IMG/VR virus record: IMGVR_UViG_3300027586_000025
Span: 1-33,007 of that record
Length of the DNA stretch: 33,007 nucleotides
Strand: one strand, 5' to 3'
DNA from: a virus
Taxonomy: Duplodnaviria > Caudoviricetes
The translations under genes were made by a program, and so were the position numbers. The notes below the pieces were generated by a model that ran no database searches, was not told the origin of the DNA, and saw nothing but the letters and a program-made list of their open reading frames with translations. Positions 1 to 9,215 of the stretch are shown here, in pieces. The number at the start of each line of letters is the position of its first letter. Position 1 is the first letter of the stretch.

Positions 1-1035
1 CCCATTTGTTGTCGTTGTCGAGCCACCTATAGCTAGCATGGGATTGGGCAGCGCTGGATATGCCGCGTTATATACGGCTGCTGTAAATACGTGGATTTTT
101 GCGCCCGGAATAGCCCGCCCGGTTGCGTCAGCGTATATCAGGTTATCTGGGCCGCCGTAATCATGGTCTACGACGATGTTTCCGCAGCCGGCAATTGGCA
201 GTACAGGCCCCGGGCGCGCAGAGGGTTCACCACCAACCTCGATAGCGTAGGCGGTGTTGGTAAACGGCAGCAAGCCTAGTTTCACCTGATAGATAATCGG
301 CACATTGCGAATAGCGGCGGCGATTTGAATGCTGTCAATAAGCCAGCGTTCGTCACTTGCGCTATTCACCCAGATGTCGCCGCCATTAAGGGCCGGGAAG
401 CCGATGACGCGCGCAGTAATGTACGGCTCATTCCGCGTCGTGCCTTTGACTTCGTTGTCTACGTCTCCGTTTATCGTCTGCGTTGATAAGTCCCAGCACT
501 GCATTGGGAGCGCGGGATGGTAGCCGACTTCAAAGCCTGTCCCGCTACAAACAGGGCAATCTGCGTCTAACAGTTCTTGGGTTAACTGGTCCCGGCAGCG
601 CGCGCATGGCGTACCAAATCGCATTGGTTTGACCAGATAGCCGGGCACAGAAACGTATTTATGCCGGACGCGTTCTTTGCGAATAATTTCTCGCGATAAC
701 ACCCAGTCGCGCTCATGCAGCTCGCCGTAACAGTTAGCCGCCTGTGAAACGTATACATCTGTCGGCGTCGTGAGCGTAACGCGATAATGGCTCAATAACT
801 CGTAGCCAGACTCGTGCCAGGCCGGGTCGTACGCCAGATACCCGTTTGTGACTGGGCTCCCGATGTTGCGCCAGTCTGCAGCGTCTCGTAGCCCGGTTTT
901 ACCCAGCTGCAATTGAAATATGTACGGCCCTGGCTGATTGAACGTCGGCTCGAGCTGCCACCAAACGCGCGTGCTGCCGCGGACCATATGATCAACGGAA
1001 ACGCGACGAAACGGGAAAACGCGAGAGTGGGACAT
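1..1035 (-). CDS. Putative neck/head-completion protein with Zn finger (3' end runs off the window)
   Basis: Missing from the ORF track because it has no stop in the window. Manual translation from ATG at 1035 (in-frame TAA at 1042-1044 just upstream) stays open to base 1: MSHSRVFPFRRVSVDHMVRGSTRVWW...CARCRDQLTQELLDADCPVCSGTGFEVGY... A CxxC...CPxCxGxG motif directly after the adaptor gene fits neck proteins of large myoviruses. Confidence 0.7.
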   Translation of the reverse strand, partial: MSHSRVFPFRRVSVDHMVRGSTRVWWQLEPTFNQPGPYIFQLQLGKTGLRDAADWRNIGSPVTNGYLAYDPAWHESGYELLSHYRVTLTTPTDVYVSQAANCYGELHERDWVLSREIIRKERVRHKYVSVPGYLVKPMRFGTPCARCRDQLTQELLDADCPVCSGTGFEVGYHPALPMQCWDLSTQTINGDVDNEVKGTTRNEPYITARVIGFPALNGGDIWVNSASDERWLIDSIQIAAAIRNVPIIYQVKLGLLPFTNTAYAIEVGGEPSARPGPVLPIAGCGNIVVDHDYGGPDNLIYADATGRAIPGAKIHVFTAAVYNAAYPALPNPMLAIGGSTTTTNG

Positions 1036-1064
1036 AGGTCTTTAGTGCATACGGGGATGACACA

Positions 1065-2075
1065 TTAAAAGCGAACGCGAAGAGCGTCAGAGTAGGCGCT
1101 GTATCTGTAAGTAGAGCTGACTTCGCCGTAACAGCCTTCGAGGTTCAAGCTGGCTTTTGTGGCACGCACCCAATCTTTGTATCCCTGCCACCGAGTCTGC
1201 GCTGCCCGTTCGTAGCTGGCTTCTTTGTTTTGGTCGTCTACGGTCATGCCGGCGGCCGAGTAGCTCAACTGGTTGCGGCGAAACTGCTCCGCCACCATCA
1301 TGAACAAGTTTGCGCAAATCCCCTCAAGCCAATGATATCTATACGGAAAAGTCTGGGTGCTAAACACTGCGTCGATCGGGGGCGGAATCTCGTTCCAGTA
1401 CATAACCGGGCGGGCAATGGCTAGGGCTATCTCGGCGTCATCGAACATTAAGTTATCTAATAGAAAACTCTCTGACGGGCTCGAGTCGCGCAGGTGGAGC
1501 CGAATCTCTGCGATGCTGGGCGGGCCGCCGGCCATGCCTAGGCTGTCAAACGTGCTGCGCGAGATCACGACAGAGAATGTGTTTGAGAAGATAACGCACG
1601 GCTGCGACAGGATTTGCGCGGCTGTGTTAATAAGCGCCATTTCGCCGTAATAGATACCCGGCACGTTGGTCATAGCCTGCGTTAAGTTCACGTGTACGGT
1701 GCCGGTGGCCGCGTCGTCGATAACAGCGTCCAGCGGAGCCGGCGAGCCGCCCAAAGCCAGCTGCTCTTTTAAGCGCAGTGTAACTTTAAACGGGTTGCTT
1801 GGGAGCGTTGGATCTACAACGTCTAGGCCTGCTGGCGTGAGGTCTACAGGCCGTCCGTCCTTGTCATGGAGCTGCCAGCTTATAACTGCGCACTGGCCTT
1901 GTGTGATCGATATAGCCCGCATGCGCGTGAAGTTAGGCGCGCCGTTTACAGTCGAAATCGGGGCACTGATAACGTTCTGCGTAGCGCACGAAACCGGCGT
2001 AAACTGTTGGCCGGAAGCGTCGTTGGCGCAACAGGTTACAAGTGGATGCGGAGTGGGCGTAGCAATGACTGGCAT
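1065..2075 (-). CDS. Putative head-tail adaptor with N-terminal beta-sandwich (BppU-like) domain
   Basis: Start moved to ATG 2075 (GGAG 8 nt upstream). C-terminal half IRLHLRD...LLDNLMFDDAEIALAI...WNEIPPP...RNQLSYSAAGMTVDDQNK resembles large-phage adaptors. N-half has a D..G.PVDLT / G.V.V.LT...T..PG.YYGE pattern. Lies downstream of the capsid genes. Confidence 0.6.
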   Translation of the reverse strand: MPVIATPTPHPLVTCCANDASGQQFTPVSCATQNVISAPISTVNGAPNFTRMRAISITQGQCAVISWQLHDKDGRPVDLTPAGLDVVDPTLPSNPFKVTLRLKEQLALGGSPAPLDAVIDDAATGTVHVNLTQAMTNVPGIYYGEMALINTAAQILSQPCVIFSNTFSVVISRSTFDSLGMAGGPPSIAEIRLHLRDSSPSESFLLDNLMFDDAEIALAIARPVMYWNEIPPPIDAVFSTQTFPYRYHWLEGICANLFMMVAEQFRRNQLSYSAAGMTVDDQNKEASYERAAQTRWQGYKDWVRATKASLNLEGCYGEVSSTYRYSAYSDALRVRF

Positions 2076-2105
2076 AACATGTTCTCCGGTAATAGATGTA
2101 GTATA

Positions 2106-2143
2106 CAAATAAAAAGGCTGGCCGCTTTCGCAACCAGCCTTTT
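2106..2143 (-). terminator. Rho-independent terminator after the capsid gene cluster
   Basis: Minus strand reads AAAAGGCTGGTTGC-GAAA-GCGGCCAGCCTTTT-TATTT: a long stem (two G-U pairs), a GNRA tetraloop and a U tract. Confidence 0.85.
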
Positions 2144-2171
2144 AAAAAGAACAACAGATCGTTATGCCGGA

Positions 2172-2495
2172 TCAATCATACCAGCCAATCGGGAAGCGGA
2201 CACCCAAGGTCCCGTCGAGCTTGATCTGCCGGATATCGCCGGCGGTTTCTTCCCCGATGTCCGTGAGGTAAACAGCCGGCGACTTAGTGATAACCAGATC
2301 GCCCTCTTCGAGCGCCCTTTCGAGCGCCGAAAATCCGCGGCTGCTTTTCTTGCCGCCCAACGAAGCGACCAAGTCGCCGCGGACGGTGTACGTGGCGTTA
2401 TTGGCCAGCCGCTTGCCGTGTGTGCCTAGAAAGCCAAACACGCGCGCGCCGCCAGAGATATTCTTAACAGTTGTGTAGAGCCCAGATACAGACAT
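2172..2495 (-). CDS. Small hypothetical virion protein (possible capsid accessory)
   Basis: 107 aa with an AGGAG RBS; last gene before the terminator of the capsid cluster. Confidence 0.7.
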   Translation of the reverse strand: MSVSGLYTTVKNISGGARVFGFLGTHGKRLANNATYTVRGDLVASLGGKKSSRGFSALERALEEGDLVITKSPAVYLTDIGEETAGDIRQIKLDGTLGVRFPIGWYD

Positions 2496-2536
2496 AATAT
2501 GTCTCCTATCAGATTGAATTGAGTAGCTGTTTAATT

Positions 2537-2926
2537 TCAGTTGTCAGACTGCGCGGCCAACGCGGCTGCAGCTTGAAGTGTCAAAATCGAGTGCGCAATG
2601 ACCGGGCTGGTAGTAGCGGCGTAGCGGCCAGCGTCGGCGTAATTAGCCACTTTTTCAACCGGCTCAATAAGGCCTGCGGCGGCAAGTACGTCATCTAACT
2701 GCCGGCTTTGGGCAGTTAAATTCGATACTTGCTCAGCCGCAACCTTTTCTTGTGCCGACGAATAGAGCCGATGTAGCTTTGAAGCAATAGACCACATTTC
2801 AACAGCCTCAGATTCAGAGTTCGGGACATACCCGTACGCTGCGCATTTCTCATAGAAAAGCGGACCCGAAAGATGGCCGAGGACCGCGTCTTTAGCTTGC
2901 GCGACCTCTTCTTGAATACTGCTCAT
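2537..2926 (-). CDS. Hypothetical head-associated protein with EKxA motifs
   Basis: 129 aa, AAGGAG RBS, immediately after the MCP; contains EKCA and EKVA twice. Confidence 0.75.
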   Translation of the reverse strand: MSSIQEEVAQAKDAVLGHLSGPLFYEKCAAYGYVPNSESEAVEMWSIASKLHRLYSSAQEKVAAEQVSNLTAQSRQLDDVLAAAGLIEPVEKVANYADAGRYAATTSPVIAHSILTLQAAAALAAQSDN

Positions 2927-2959
2927 AACTACGCTCCTTAAAAATTAATTACGCAACAA

Positions 2960-3886
2960 TCATACAAAATCGACGCGAGCCAAGCCGTTCGTGTGACCGA
3001 ACGATCCGCCTGACGTCTGGTAAGCAAAATACTCAAGCATGTACGCTTCACGACGGATGTACATCGTGGTTGGTTCGAGCTCGTAGTTCTTGCCGATAAA
3101 CTTAGGTGATGCAAACATTAAAAGAGCATCTGTCGGGACAAGATTTCGCTTGATAGTCACAATCCAACGGCAGTTGAGGAAATTGGTTTCCGCCCAACCG
3201 TTCTTGATGATATCCTGCGAAAAATCGCCGCCCATTTCATCGCGCCCGAACTTGAGCAGTTCCTTGATCGTGATGTTATTCACGAGGCAAGTTTCCACTT
3301 CGAAGCGCGAAGGCGTGCGGGGCATAACCTTCAGTGCGTCTACCAGCGTCTCACGGGTGATCCCGCCGCTGATCGTCTCGTACTGAACTTCATTTGACAT
3401 AGCCACAGTGGCATCGGCAGTGGGCAGCACGGCGTTGAAGGCAGCAATAAACTTGCCGTCTTCTTCAGCGAGCATGTCCTTGATCATGTTGTCAGAAAGA
3501 ACCTGACGAATGTCGATCACGTAGGTCCGCAGTTCATCGACGTCCTTAACAGCGCGAGGCGACACAATCCGGTCAAACATGACGCGGTAGCGTGGGCCAC
3601 GGATGTAGAAGTTGATGGGGAGCGTCGCAAACGGGAGCGAAACAGCCGCCGGGGAATCTGGCTCTTTGTCCACAACCTTAACGGGCTTGTCAGTATCAAC
3701 CTGACGGTCGAGCTCGTCGTTGGTGATGGTCAGCGGCGGCATAATCCGTCGGTAGAACCCATCTTCACGCATCTTGGTGCGCGTGAAATCGTTAACTGCA
3801 TCAATGGCCTGCTTTTGCATGCCTGGGGTGTCGAGCTGCTCAAACAGTGTTTCGTTGAGCAGTTGTACTTCTTGCTGAGTGGGCAT
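2960..3886 (-). CDS. Major capsid protein (probable HK97 fold)
   Basis: 308 aa, strong GGAGG RBS, canonical protease-scaffold-decoration-MCP order. Pattern REDGFYRRIMPP...PRAVKDVDEL...IKDMLAEEDGKFI and a terminal GLARVDF fit HK97-fold capsids. Confidence 0.8.
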   Translation of the reverse strand: MPTQQEVQLLNETLFEQLDTPGMQKQAIDAVNDFTRTKMREDGFYRRIMPPLTITNDELDRQVDTDKPVKVVDKEPDSPAAVSLPFATLPINFYIRGPRYRVMFDRIVSPRAVKDVDELRTYVIDIRQVLSDNMIKDMLAEEDGKFIAAFNAVLPTADATVAMSNEVQYETISGGITRETLVDALKVMPRTPSRFEVETCLVNNITIKELLKFGRDEMGGDFSQDIIKNGWAETNFLNCRWIVTIKRNLVPTDALLMFASPKFIGKNYELEPTTMYIRREAYMLEYFAYQTSGGSFGHTNGLARVDFV

Positions 3887-3890
3887 TGTT

Positions 3891-3904
3891 GGACCTCCAT
3901 GTCC
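3891..3904 (-). promoter_or_regulatory. RBS hairpin with ANGGAG hexaloop (CsrA/RsmA-type site) before MCP
   Basis: Minus strand GGAC-ATGGAG-GTCC, ending 4 nt before the ATG. Confidence 0.6.
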
Positions 3905-3924
3905 TTAAAGTAAAACGTAAAATA

Positions 3925-4488
3925 TTAGTCGACAGTAGCGGCAGTGCCAGCAGGCAAATAAACAGGCCAGAACGATAACGTGCTGACGCCGTTATGATTT
4001 GTTGCTTTACCTGACGAAACAACACCGCAAACAGCGGTGACGTACTGGGTAACACTGGCATTCGTCAGCACGCCGCCGACAGCGCTGTCTTCGGACGCGT
4101 TGCCCACAGGCGCCTTCAACAGTTCGTTAGGCGCGTACGTGTTTGCAGTGACAAATTCTGTCGTTGCAATTTCGTATCCGCCCGTGGCAACCAGCCCTGA
4201 CACAACGCCGGTAGGCGAAATAGCCTGATGCATAAACAAACCGCCAGCAGTGGTGCCGGGGTTGCTCACATCAGCGGCATTCGAGCCGGCAATGAGAAAG
4301 ACAGCCATTTGCGTAAGCTCAACGCCCGGCTCAAACGCGCCGTTCGCGTTTAAATGAACCACGCGACCAGCTGGGACAACATAGTCCACAGCGCTCGCCA
4401 TCTTGGCGGAGTGGTCGAGCGACGTCATACCAAACCAGCCCTTTTTTACATCAAGGCCGTGTTCAAACATTTGATCTGGAGCAGGCAT
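3925..4488 (-). CDS. Putative capsid decoration/cement protein
   Basis: 187 aa, beta-rich and small-residue-rich, immediately upstream of the MCP, GGAGG RBS. Confidence 0.65.
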   Translation of the reverse strand: MPAPDQMFEHGLDVKKGWFGMTSLDHSAKMASAVDYVVPAGRVVHLNANGAFEPGVELTQMAVFLIAGSNAADVSNPGTTAGGLFMHQAISPTGVVSGLVATGGYEIATTEFVTANTYAPNELLKAPVGNASEDSAVGGVLTNASVTQYVTAVCGVVSSGKATNHNGVSTLSFWPVYLPAGTAATVD

Positions 4489-4491
4489 TGT

Positions 4492-4507
4492 AAGACCTCC
4501 GTGTCTT
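4492..4507 (-). promoter_or_regulatory. RBS hairpin with ANGGAG hexaloop before decoration gene
   Basis: Minus strand AAGAC-ACGGAG-GTCTT, ending 3 nt before the ATG. Confidence 0.6.
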
Positions 4508-4545
4508 GGTCAATTATGGGGAGGTTAGTCCCCGGGTAGTAAAAA

Positions 4546-4968
4546 TCAATTTGTGGGGGGATTCAATCCGAGGCCAGTAAAAAACTTCACGTCAGAGGCT
4601 TTAAGCCGGCCGTCACGAGCACCCACGTACCCGCTGGTCAGACTTGAAGAAGGATCGTAGCTAGCCGTCTTGGTTGTTTCAGACGAGCCGATACGGGACA
4701 TCTCGGCCGCATTTTTGTGCGACGCAAGTTTAATAACTAACTCGAGTGCGCGAGCCGGATCTTGAAGCGCTGCTGCCAGAGCTTCTTTTTGGTGCGCTTC
4801 AATTCGTTCGTGTGTCAAGCAGGCCTGTACGGCAGCCGGAATCAGTTGCGCCAGCTTTTCCTGCGCAGCGTCGTGAGCCGTCAGAACCTCGGCAGCCTTG
4901 GTCATTGCTGCATCGGAGTACCCGATGTAGTCAACAATCTTTTGTACAAGAGCATTATTGGTGGACAT
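4546..4968 (-). CDS. Hypothetical helical head/scaffold-associated protein
   Basis: Start moved to ATG 4968 (GGAGG RBS, removes overlap with the upstream gene). About 140 aa; contains KAA, KLAS and KTAS. Confidence 0.7.
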   Translation of the reverse strand: MSTNNALVQKIVDYIGYSDAAMTKAAEVLTAHDAAQEKLAQLIPAAVQACLTHERIEAHQKEALAAALQDPARALELVIKLASHKNAAEMSRIGSSETTKTASYDPSSSLTSGYVGARDGRLKASDVKFFTGLGLNPPTN

Positions 4969-4984
4969 TAAAACCTCCGGGGTA

Positions 4985-6334
4985 TCAACGACTTGTAAGT
5001 TCGATAACATGCTGTTTCATCATGTCCCGCAGTTCGCGCGAACGCTTTGTGCGGGCTTCTTTAACCTGGAACTTACCGGAACGCTTGAAGTTAATCACAG
5101 CGCGGCCGATGGCATCTAAGTCAGAAGCGAGTTTGGGCGCACCGCCCATAGCGGCTAGATCAGCTTCTGGAGCAGGTGCGCCGCCTGGTGCTGCGCCGCC
5201 TGGTGCTGCGCCGCCCTGAGACAGCGCTTCGATCAGTGCTTCCGGTGGGATGCCCAGTTCTTCCAGCGCCATAGCTAATTCTTGTACTGCGTCGTCAGGG
5301 CTGCCTTCTTCGCCGCCCATTTCAGGTCCGCCCATCATTTCTTCGCCGCCCATTTCTTCGCCGCCCATTTCAGGTGCGCCTTCTGCGCCGCCCATCATCT
5401 CGGCGAGGCCTTCTGGGGCTGGAGCATCGCTTGCGCCAGATGCTGCATCTTCGGGGGCGCCGTGATCTTCACCCTCGTCTGCTTCGGCTGTGGGGTCTGC
5501 AGCAGCCGATTTCGCGGCGGCCCAACCAATAAACAGGTCGGCCATCTCGTCAGCTTCGCGCAGCGTGTTTGCGCACACTTCGCTGACATGAGCTTCAGCG
5601 GCAGTCTTGTCGAGGCCGAGCAGTTCAGCCAGCTCGTAGCCGGCAAGAAATGCAGCTTCTTTTTTCTCTTCTGCTGCGCTCTCGTCGCCAGCAGCGGAAG
5701 GCTCCAAGTCAACAGACTCTGTTTTGTTAGCGCCAGGAACAGTTACTTTTTCTTCCTTCGCGCAGCTGTCGGTTTTGTCTTCGATTTTGCTTTTCAAAAA
5801 CGCTGGCATCTCCGACTGCTTCGTTAAGTTAGCTGCACCAAAGTTAATAAAGTTAGCAAGGATATCATTGCCAAGCGAACCGCATTGTGCCCGCGCGGTT
5901 TTAAACGTTACAGCGCTGTACTTTTCGCCGTCATTCGTTTTAGCTGGGTGCGTCGTGCCCGGGTCGTCCTTGGTGCCCTTGTAGTCGCGCTCAGAGGAAG
6001 GATCTTCCCCCGTGGCAGCGGCTGTGGTGCCAATGTTCAGCTGCACGTCATCTTGCCGACCTTCTTGCGACAAAGCTGGCGTGCTGTCCACGCTCAGTGG
6101 GCCTTGCTGCTTCTTGAGGTCTGCTTCGTATTCGCTGGATCGTGCGCCTTCGACGGCAGCCTGCACACCATTGTCGGCGTGAGCCGTTGGGTGAGTTGAA
6201 GCGCCGACATAAGTGCCGGGATCAGCGGGTGTTGGGCCAGCAGCTTTAACAGCGGCGGCCTTAACAGAGCTGTGCGAAATCTCTTCGGCAAGTGAATTGA
6301 GTTGTGCGAACAGTGAACGTTGAGTCCGTGCCAT
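4985..6334 (-). CDS. Putative capsid scaffolding protein
   Basis: Acidic, Ala/Gly/Pro-rich, low-complexity protein of about 449 aa between protease and MCP. AAGGAG RBS favours ATG 6334. Confidence 0.65.
   Translation of the reverse strand: MARTQRSLFAQLNSLAEEISHSSVKAAAVKAAGPTPADPGTYVGASTHPTAHADNGVQAAVEGARSSEYEADLKKQQGPLSVDSTPALSQEGRQDDVQLNIGTTAAATGEDPSSERDYKGTKDDPGTTHPAKTNDGEKYSAVTFKTARAQCGSLGNDILANFINFGAANLTKQSEMPAFLKSKIEDKTDSCAKEEKVTVPGANKTESVDLEPSAAGDESAAEEKKEAAFLAGYELAELLGLDKTAAEAHVSEVCANTLREADEMADLFIGWAAAKSAAADPTAEADEGEDHGAPEDAASGASDAPAPEGLAEMMGGAEGAPEMGGEEMGGEEMMGGPEMGGEEGSPDDAVQELAMALEELGIPPEALIEALSQGGAAPGGAAPGGAPAPEADLAAMGGAPKLASDLDAIGRAVINFKRSGKFQVKEARTKRSRELRDMMKQHVIELTSR
5178..5400. 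repeat. Short coding tandem repeats in scaffold gene (GGAAP x3; GGEEM/GGPEM units)
   Basis: 15-nt unit gcgccgcctggtgct at about 5178-5215 and repeated ttcgccgcccatt-like units at about 5308-5400. Confidence 0.8.
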
Positions 6335-6379
6335 GATCATCTCCTTGGGTATCTAATCGTATAAGCGATTAGCGTCCGT

Positions 6380-7837
6380 TCATGTGACATAATTTTGCAG
6401 TACGCAGTGGGTTGTTGTCAACCAATTATTTCCATATTTTTCACAAATTGTTGCAAGTGCGGCAATCTTATACAAAGCGTAATGTTGCGCAAGAGCCGTT
6501 TCTGCGTTGCCACTAGCTTGTTTTTCTAGTGAAAACTCGGCTGTCCGCACATTCCGAAGCGCAGCTAAATAGGCGCGTTTCTCGATGTTTAGCGGTAGTA
6601 CGCTGTGTGTAATGGCCACCTTTTCAGCCCACGCGCGCACAGCTGGTGCTGCTGACGGCGCAGGATAATATGAATTATTTTCAAGTAACGCTACAACGTC
6701 CGTGTTGTTGGCGACGTCTGAGAAAACGCTCGGTAAAGCATAACTCACTGCGCTTATTAGTCTCGCATCGGCTGACTTTACTGTCAATGTTAAAAAGTCG
6801 CGTAACGGCAAAATGACGCCGACATCAGCGAGGCCGCGCAAAACTTCGGCTAGTTTTATTGCTGAAAAACTTGACACGTCGATGGGTGGTTGCACGGCTG
6901 GAGATGAGGCCAGCGCTACCTGTGTCCAGTTTTGCGCGAGCGCAGCAGACTTTTCGGCCTGTACCAGCTGGTTTAACACAGCAAGTTGTAACTGCCCGCG
7001 CACAGACGGAGGTGTAGAGAACTCAAACCCGATCGGCGCAGTCACGCCCAGCTGCTCAGCTAACTCGGCGCCCGACATAGTGCTTACACCGGCTGCTTTT
7101 TCGAGCTTACCGGAGATATACGCAATCCTGTCTGCCGGGCGAAAAACGTGCGATATATCGAAGAAACTAGGGTTGGGGTTATCGGCGTGTAACACGTGCC
7201 CGTCTTCTAGTACTCGGCCAATGTTGTGCTTTAACCCGCCGGCTTTACAGTGCCCGCCATGCTCACACGAGTCACAATACTCCGCGCGCGTCTTGGCAGA
7301 GTTACCGCACGCTGAACACTTGTCAAACGGAATCTTGCACGCCATGGACACGGCGATGTCTTTGTCGTCAGCAAGCTTTTCAATCTCTTTGTCGGCAAGC
7401 AGGCCGCCGTTACGCTCGGCAGCTTCTTTTGAGCCGTTTAGTGCAACGACAAGTTCAATGCGGCGCATGGGCTCGTGGTAGGCGCTGGCTTTAATGATAC
7501 CGAAGCTTTTAGCCGGGTTTTTATTTGCGTGGTCCCGGTAAAACCGAGCAAACTTCTCAAATGTCGGGTGGTACTGCTGGCAGCACTCTCGAGTAAAGCC
7601 GTCGCCGTTGCGGTTTGGGCCGTAATCCTCGGTCGCTCCGATGGCGATCATATGCACAGGAACTTCATCTTTTGCGAATTTAATGTGCTGTAGTTTGTTG
7701 GCAAATTCAGCCCCGGCCCGCTTGATAAGCACCTGTTTGTCGGCGCCCAATAGGCCGCGACTAGATATCTTAATCAGCGCTGCAACCGGTTCGCTAAAGT
7801 CTTGCGCGCCGGGTTGAATAACTTTAATCATGCTCAT
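6380..7837 (-). CDS. Prohead (maturation) protease with Cys/His Zn-binding insert
   Basis: PNRNGDGF...FYRDHANKNP...RRIELVV...VSMACKIPFDKCSACGN...YCDSC...HC...FFDISHVFRPADRIA: His/Ser assemblin/HK97-type protease pattern of large phages, located just upstream of the scaffold. Confidence 0.75.
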   Translation of the reverse strand: MSMIKVIQPGAQDFSEPVAALIKISSRGLLGADKQVLIKRAGAEFANKLQHIKFAKDEVPVHMIAIGATEDYGPNRNGDGFTRECCQQYHPTFEKFARFYRDHANKNPAKSFGIIKASAYHEPMRRIELVVALNGSKEAAERNGGLLADKEIEKLADDKDIAVSMACKIPFDKCSACGNSAKTRAEYCDSCEHGGHCKAGGLKHNIGRVLEDGHVLHADNPNPSFFDISHVFRPADRIAYISGKLEKAAGVSTMSGAELAEQLGVTAPIGFEFSTPPSVRGQLQLAVLNQLVQAEKSAALAQNWTQVALASSPAVQPPIDVSSFSAIKLAEVLRGLADVGVILPLRDFLTLTVKSADARLISAVSYALPSVFSDVANNTDVVALLENNSYYPAPSAAPAVRAWAEKVAITHSVLPLNIEKRAYLAALRNVRTAEFSLEKQASGNAETALAQHYALYKIAALATICEKYGNNWLTTTHCVLQNYVT

Positions 7838-7847
7838 AGTAGTTCAC

Positions 7848-9215
7848 TTAGCCCCCGGCTATCGCCTGAACGTTATTTATCTGCTTTACTTCCGCTATCG
7901 CCTTATCGCGATCTGCGCGCAGTTTGTCCATTTCTAACAACTGCTTCACGTCAAAATCTGCCAGCCCGCCAGACTCGAGGCGTTTACGCAATACAGACCC
8001 CATCAAACCCGGCGAATCAGCAAATTGCGGCGCCAAATCTGTAATAGAGTTAAACGCCTCTGCAATCTCTGCCGGATCGTGGCCCGAGATAACCGGGTCG
8101 TTTAACATCAGATCGTGCAGGACGCCGTTGGTGCGAATTTTATGCATTGCCATTTCGTGCGCCGGGTCCTGCAGTTCGTCATAGATCTTTTTAACTGCCC
8201 CGGGTGGCTTGTCGCTTGCGCCAAACACTTGCGCCGCCGGGTCGCGCAAGATGCCGCCTACTGCACGTACTGGCGCCATCGGGTCCATAAGCGTTGGTTT
8301 AAACGGTTTATCGGACGGAGCAGAGCTTTTTAATAACACCGGCTCATCGGCTGGGTTGTTTAAGATCGAGCCTGTCAGAAATTGTTGGGCGGCTTTCTGA
8401 CTAACCGCGTTTGCTTTTTTTGAGCTGTGTGCCTCATTTGCGCCGTTATAGGCTTCGACACTACCAATGACGTCAGTCACGAGCGTGTAGATGGGATTGT
8501 CGCCAAAGTGCTGTAACTTAGTCGCCGCCTGTTTTTCAAAATGTGGATAAACTGCGGCAATCTTCTGGAGAACAGATACGCCGGTGTCTCCTAGTCTCAG
8601 GCCGACTTCCGTTACGGCGTCTTGGAACGACATATTTCCAGGAGTGCGGAAATACGTGTTAAGTTCTTCGAGGGCCGCGGCCGCCTTGTTATACGTAGCT
8701 GTAACGACACGCCGCGATTCTTCTTCGGCGTGCTTCACAGCTGTCTTTTCGCTGTGGGCGCGCATGGCTTCGGCGTGGGCGTCCCGGGGTGGCGCAACAT
8801 ATGTTTTAGCCGGCAACGCAACTTGGGCAGCCGCTGTTTTATCAAGCGCGCTTCGGCGACGAGCTAAAAAGCCACTGGGCGGCACTGCGTACTCAGTCGA
8901 CACAATTGAGTTCCGCACAATCTCGCCAGAAGTCTTGACTTGTTTTGGATACAAAGCTTCGGTGACTGCGTGAATGTCGGCGAGCTGGAAGTCCGCCGAT
9001 TTTTCTAGCGTATCTTCGCCCTGTTCGCGCTGCTTGGTGGTGCGGCCCGTGTTGTACGCATGCACCATCAGGTTAATATGCCCGGCCGGAATTTCAGCCT
9101 CGGAGGCGCTTTTGATGATAGCCTCATTGGGGGTTGCGCCAGCATTTACGCGATTGGCGGCGTTTTCGATTGCCGCGATTAATTTTTGCTCTGCTTGCTT
9201 ATTAAGTGGGCGCAT
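7848..9215 (-). CDS. Hypothetical internal head protein, KxA-rich and Cys-free
   Basis: 455 aa, helical, at least 11 K-x-[AS] motifs, no Cys; overlaps the upstream gene by 14 nt. Confidence 0.75.
   Translation of the reverse strand: MRPLNKQAEQKLIAAIENAANRVNAGATPNEAIIKSASEAEIPAGHINLMVHAYNTGRTTKQREQGEDTLEKSADFQLADIHAVTEALYPKQVKTSGEIVRNSIVSTEYAVPPSGFLARRRSALDKTAAAQVALPAKTYVAPPRDAHAEAMRAHSEKTAVKHAEEESRRVVTATYNKAAAALEELNTYFRTPGNMSFQDAVTEVGLRLGDTGVSVLQKIAAVYPHFEKQAATKLQHFGDNPIYTLVTDVIGSVEAYNGANEAHSSKKANAVSQKAAQQFLTGSILNNPADEPVLLKSSAPSDKPFKPTLMDPMAPVRAVGGILRDPAAQVFGASDKPPGAVKKIYDELQDPAHEMAMHKIRTNGVLHDLMLNDPVISGHDPAEIAEAFNSITDLAPQFADSPGLMGSVLRKRLESGGLADFDVKQLLEMDKLRADRDKAIAEVKQINNVQAIAGG

Noticed and set aside
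792-995. 67-aa minus-strand ORF in the track
   Set aside because: It is an alternative frame inside the longer 1-1035 gene.
8410-8425. A7 run (A AAA AAA on the minus strand) as a programmed frameshift site
   Set aside because: The ORF continues intact in frame and I saw no stimulatory structure or useful alternative frame.
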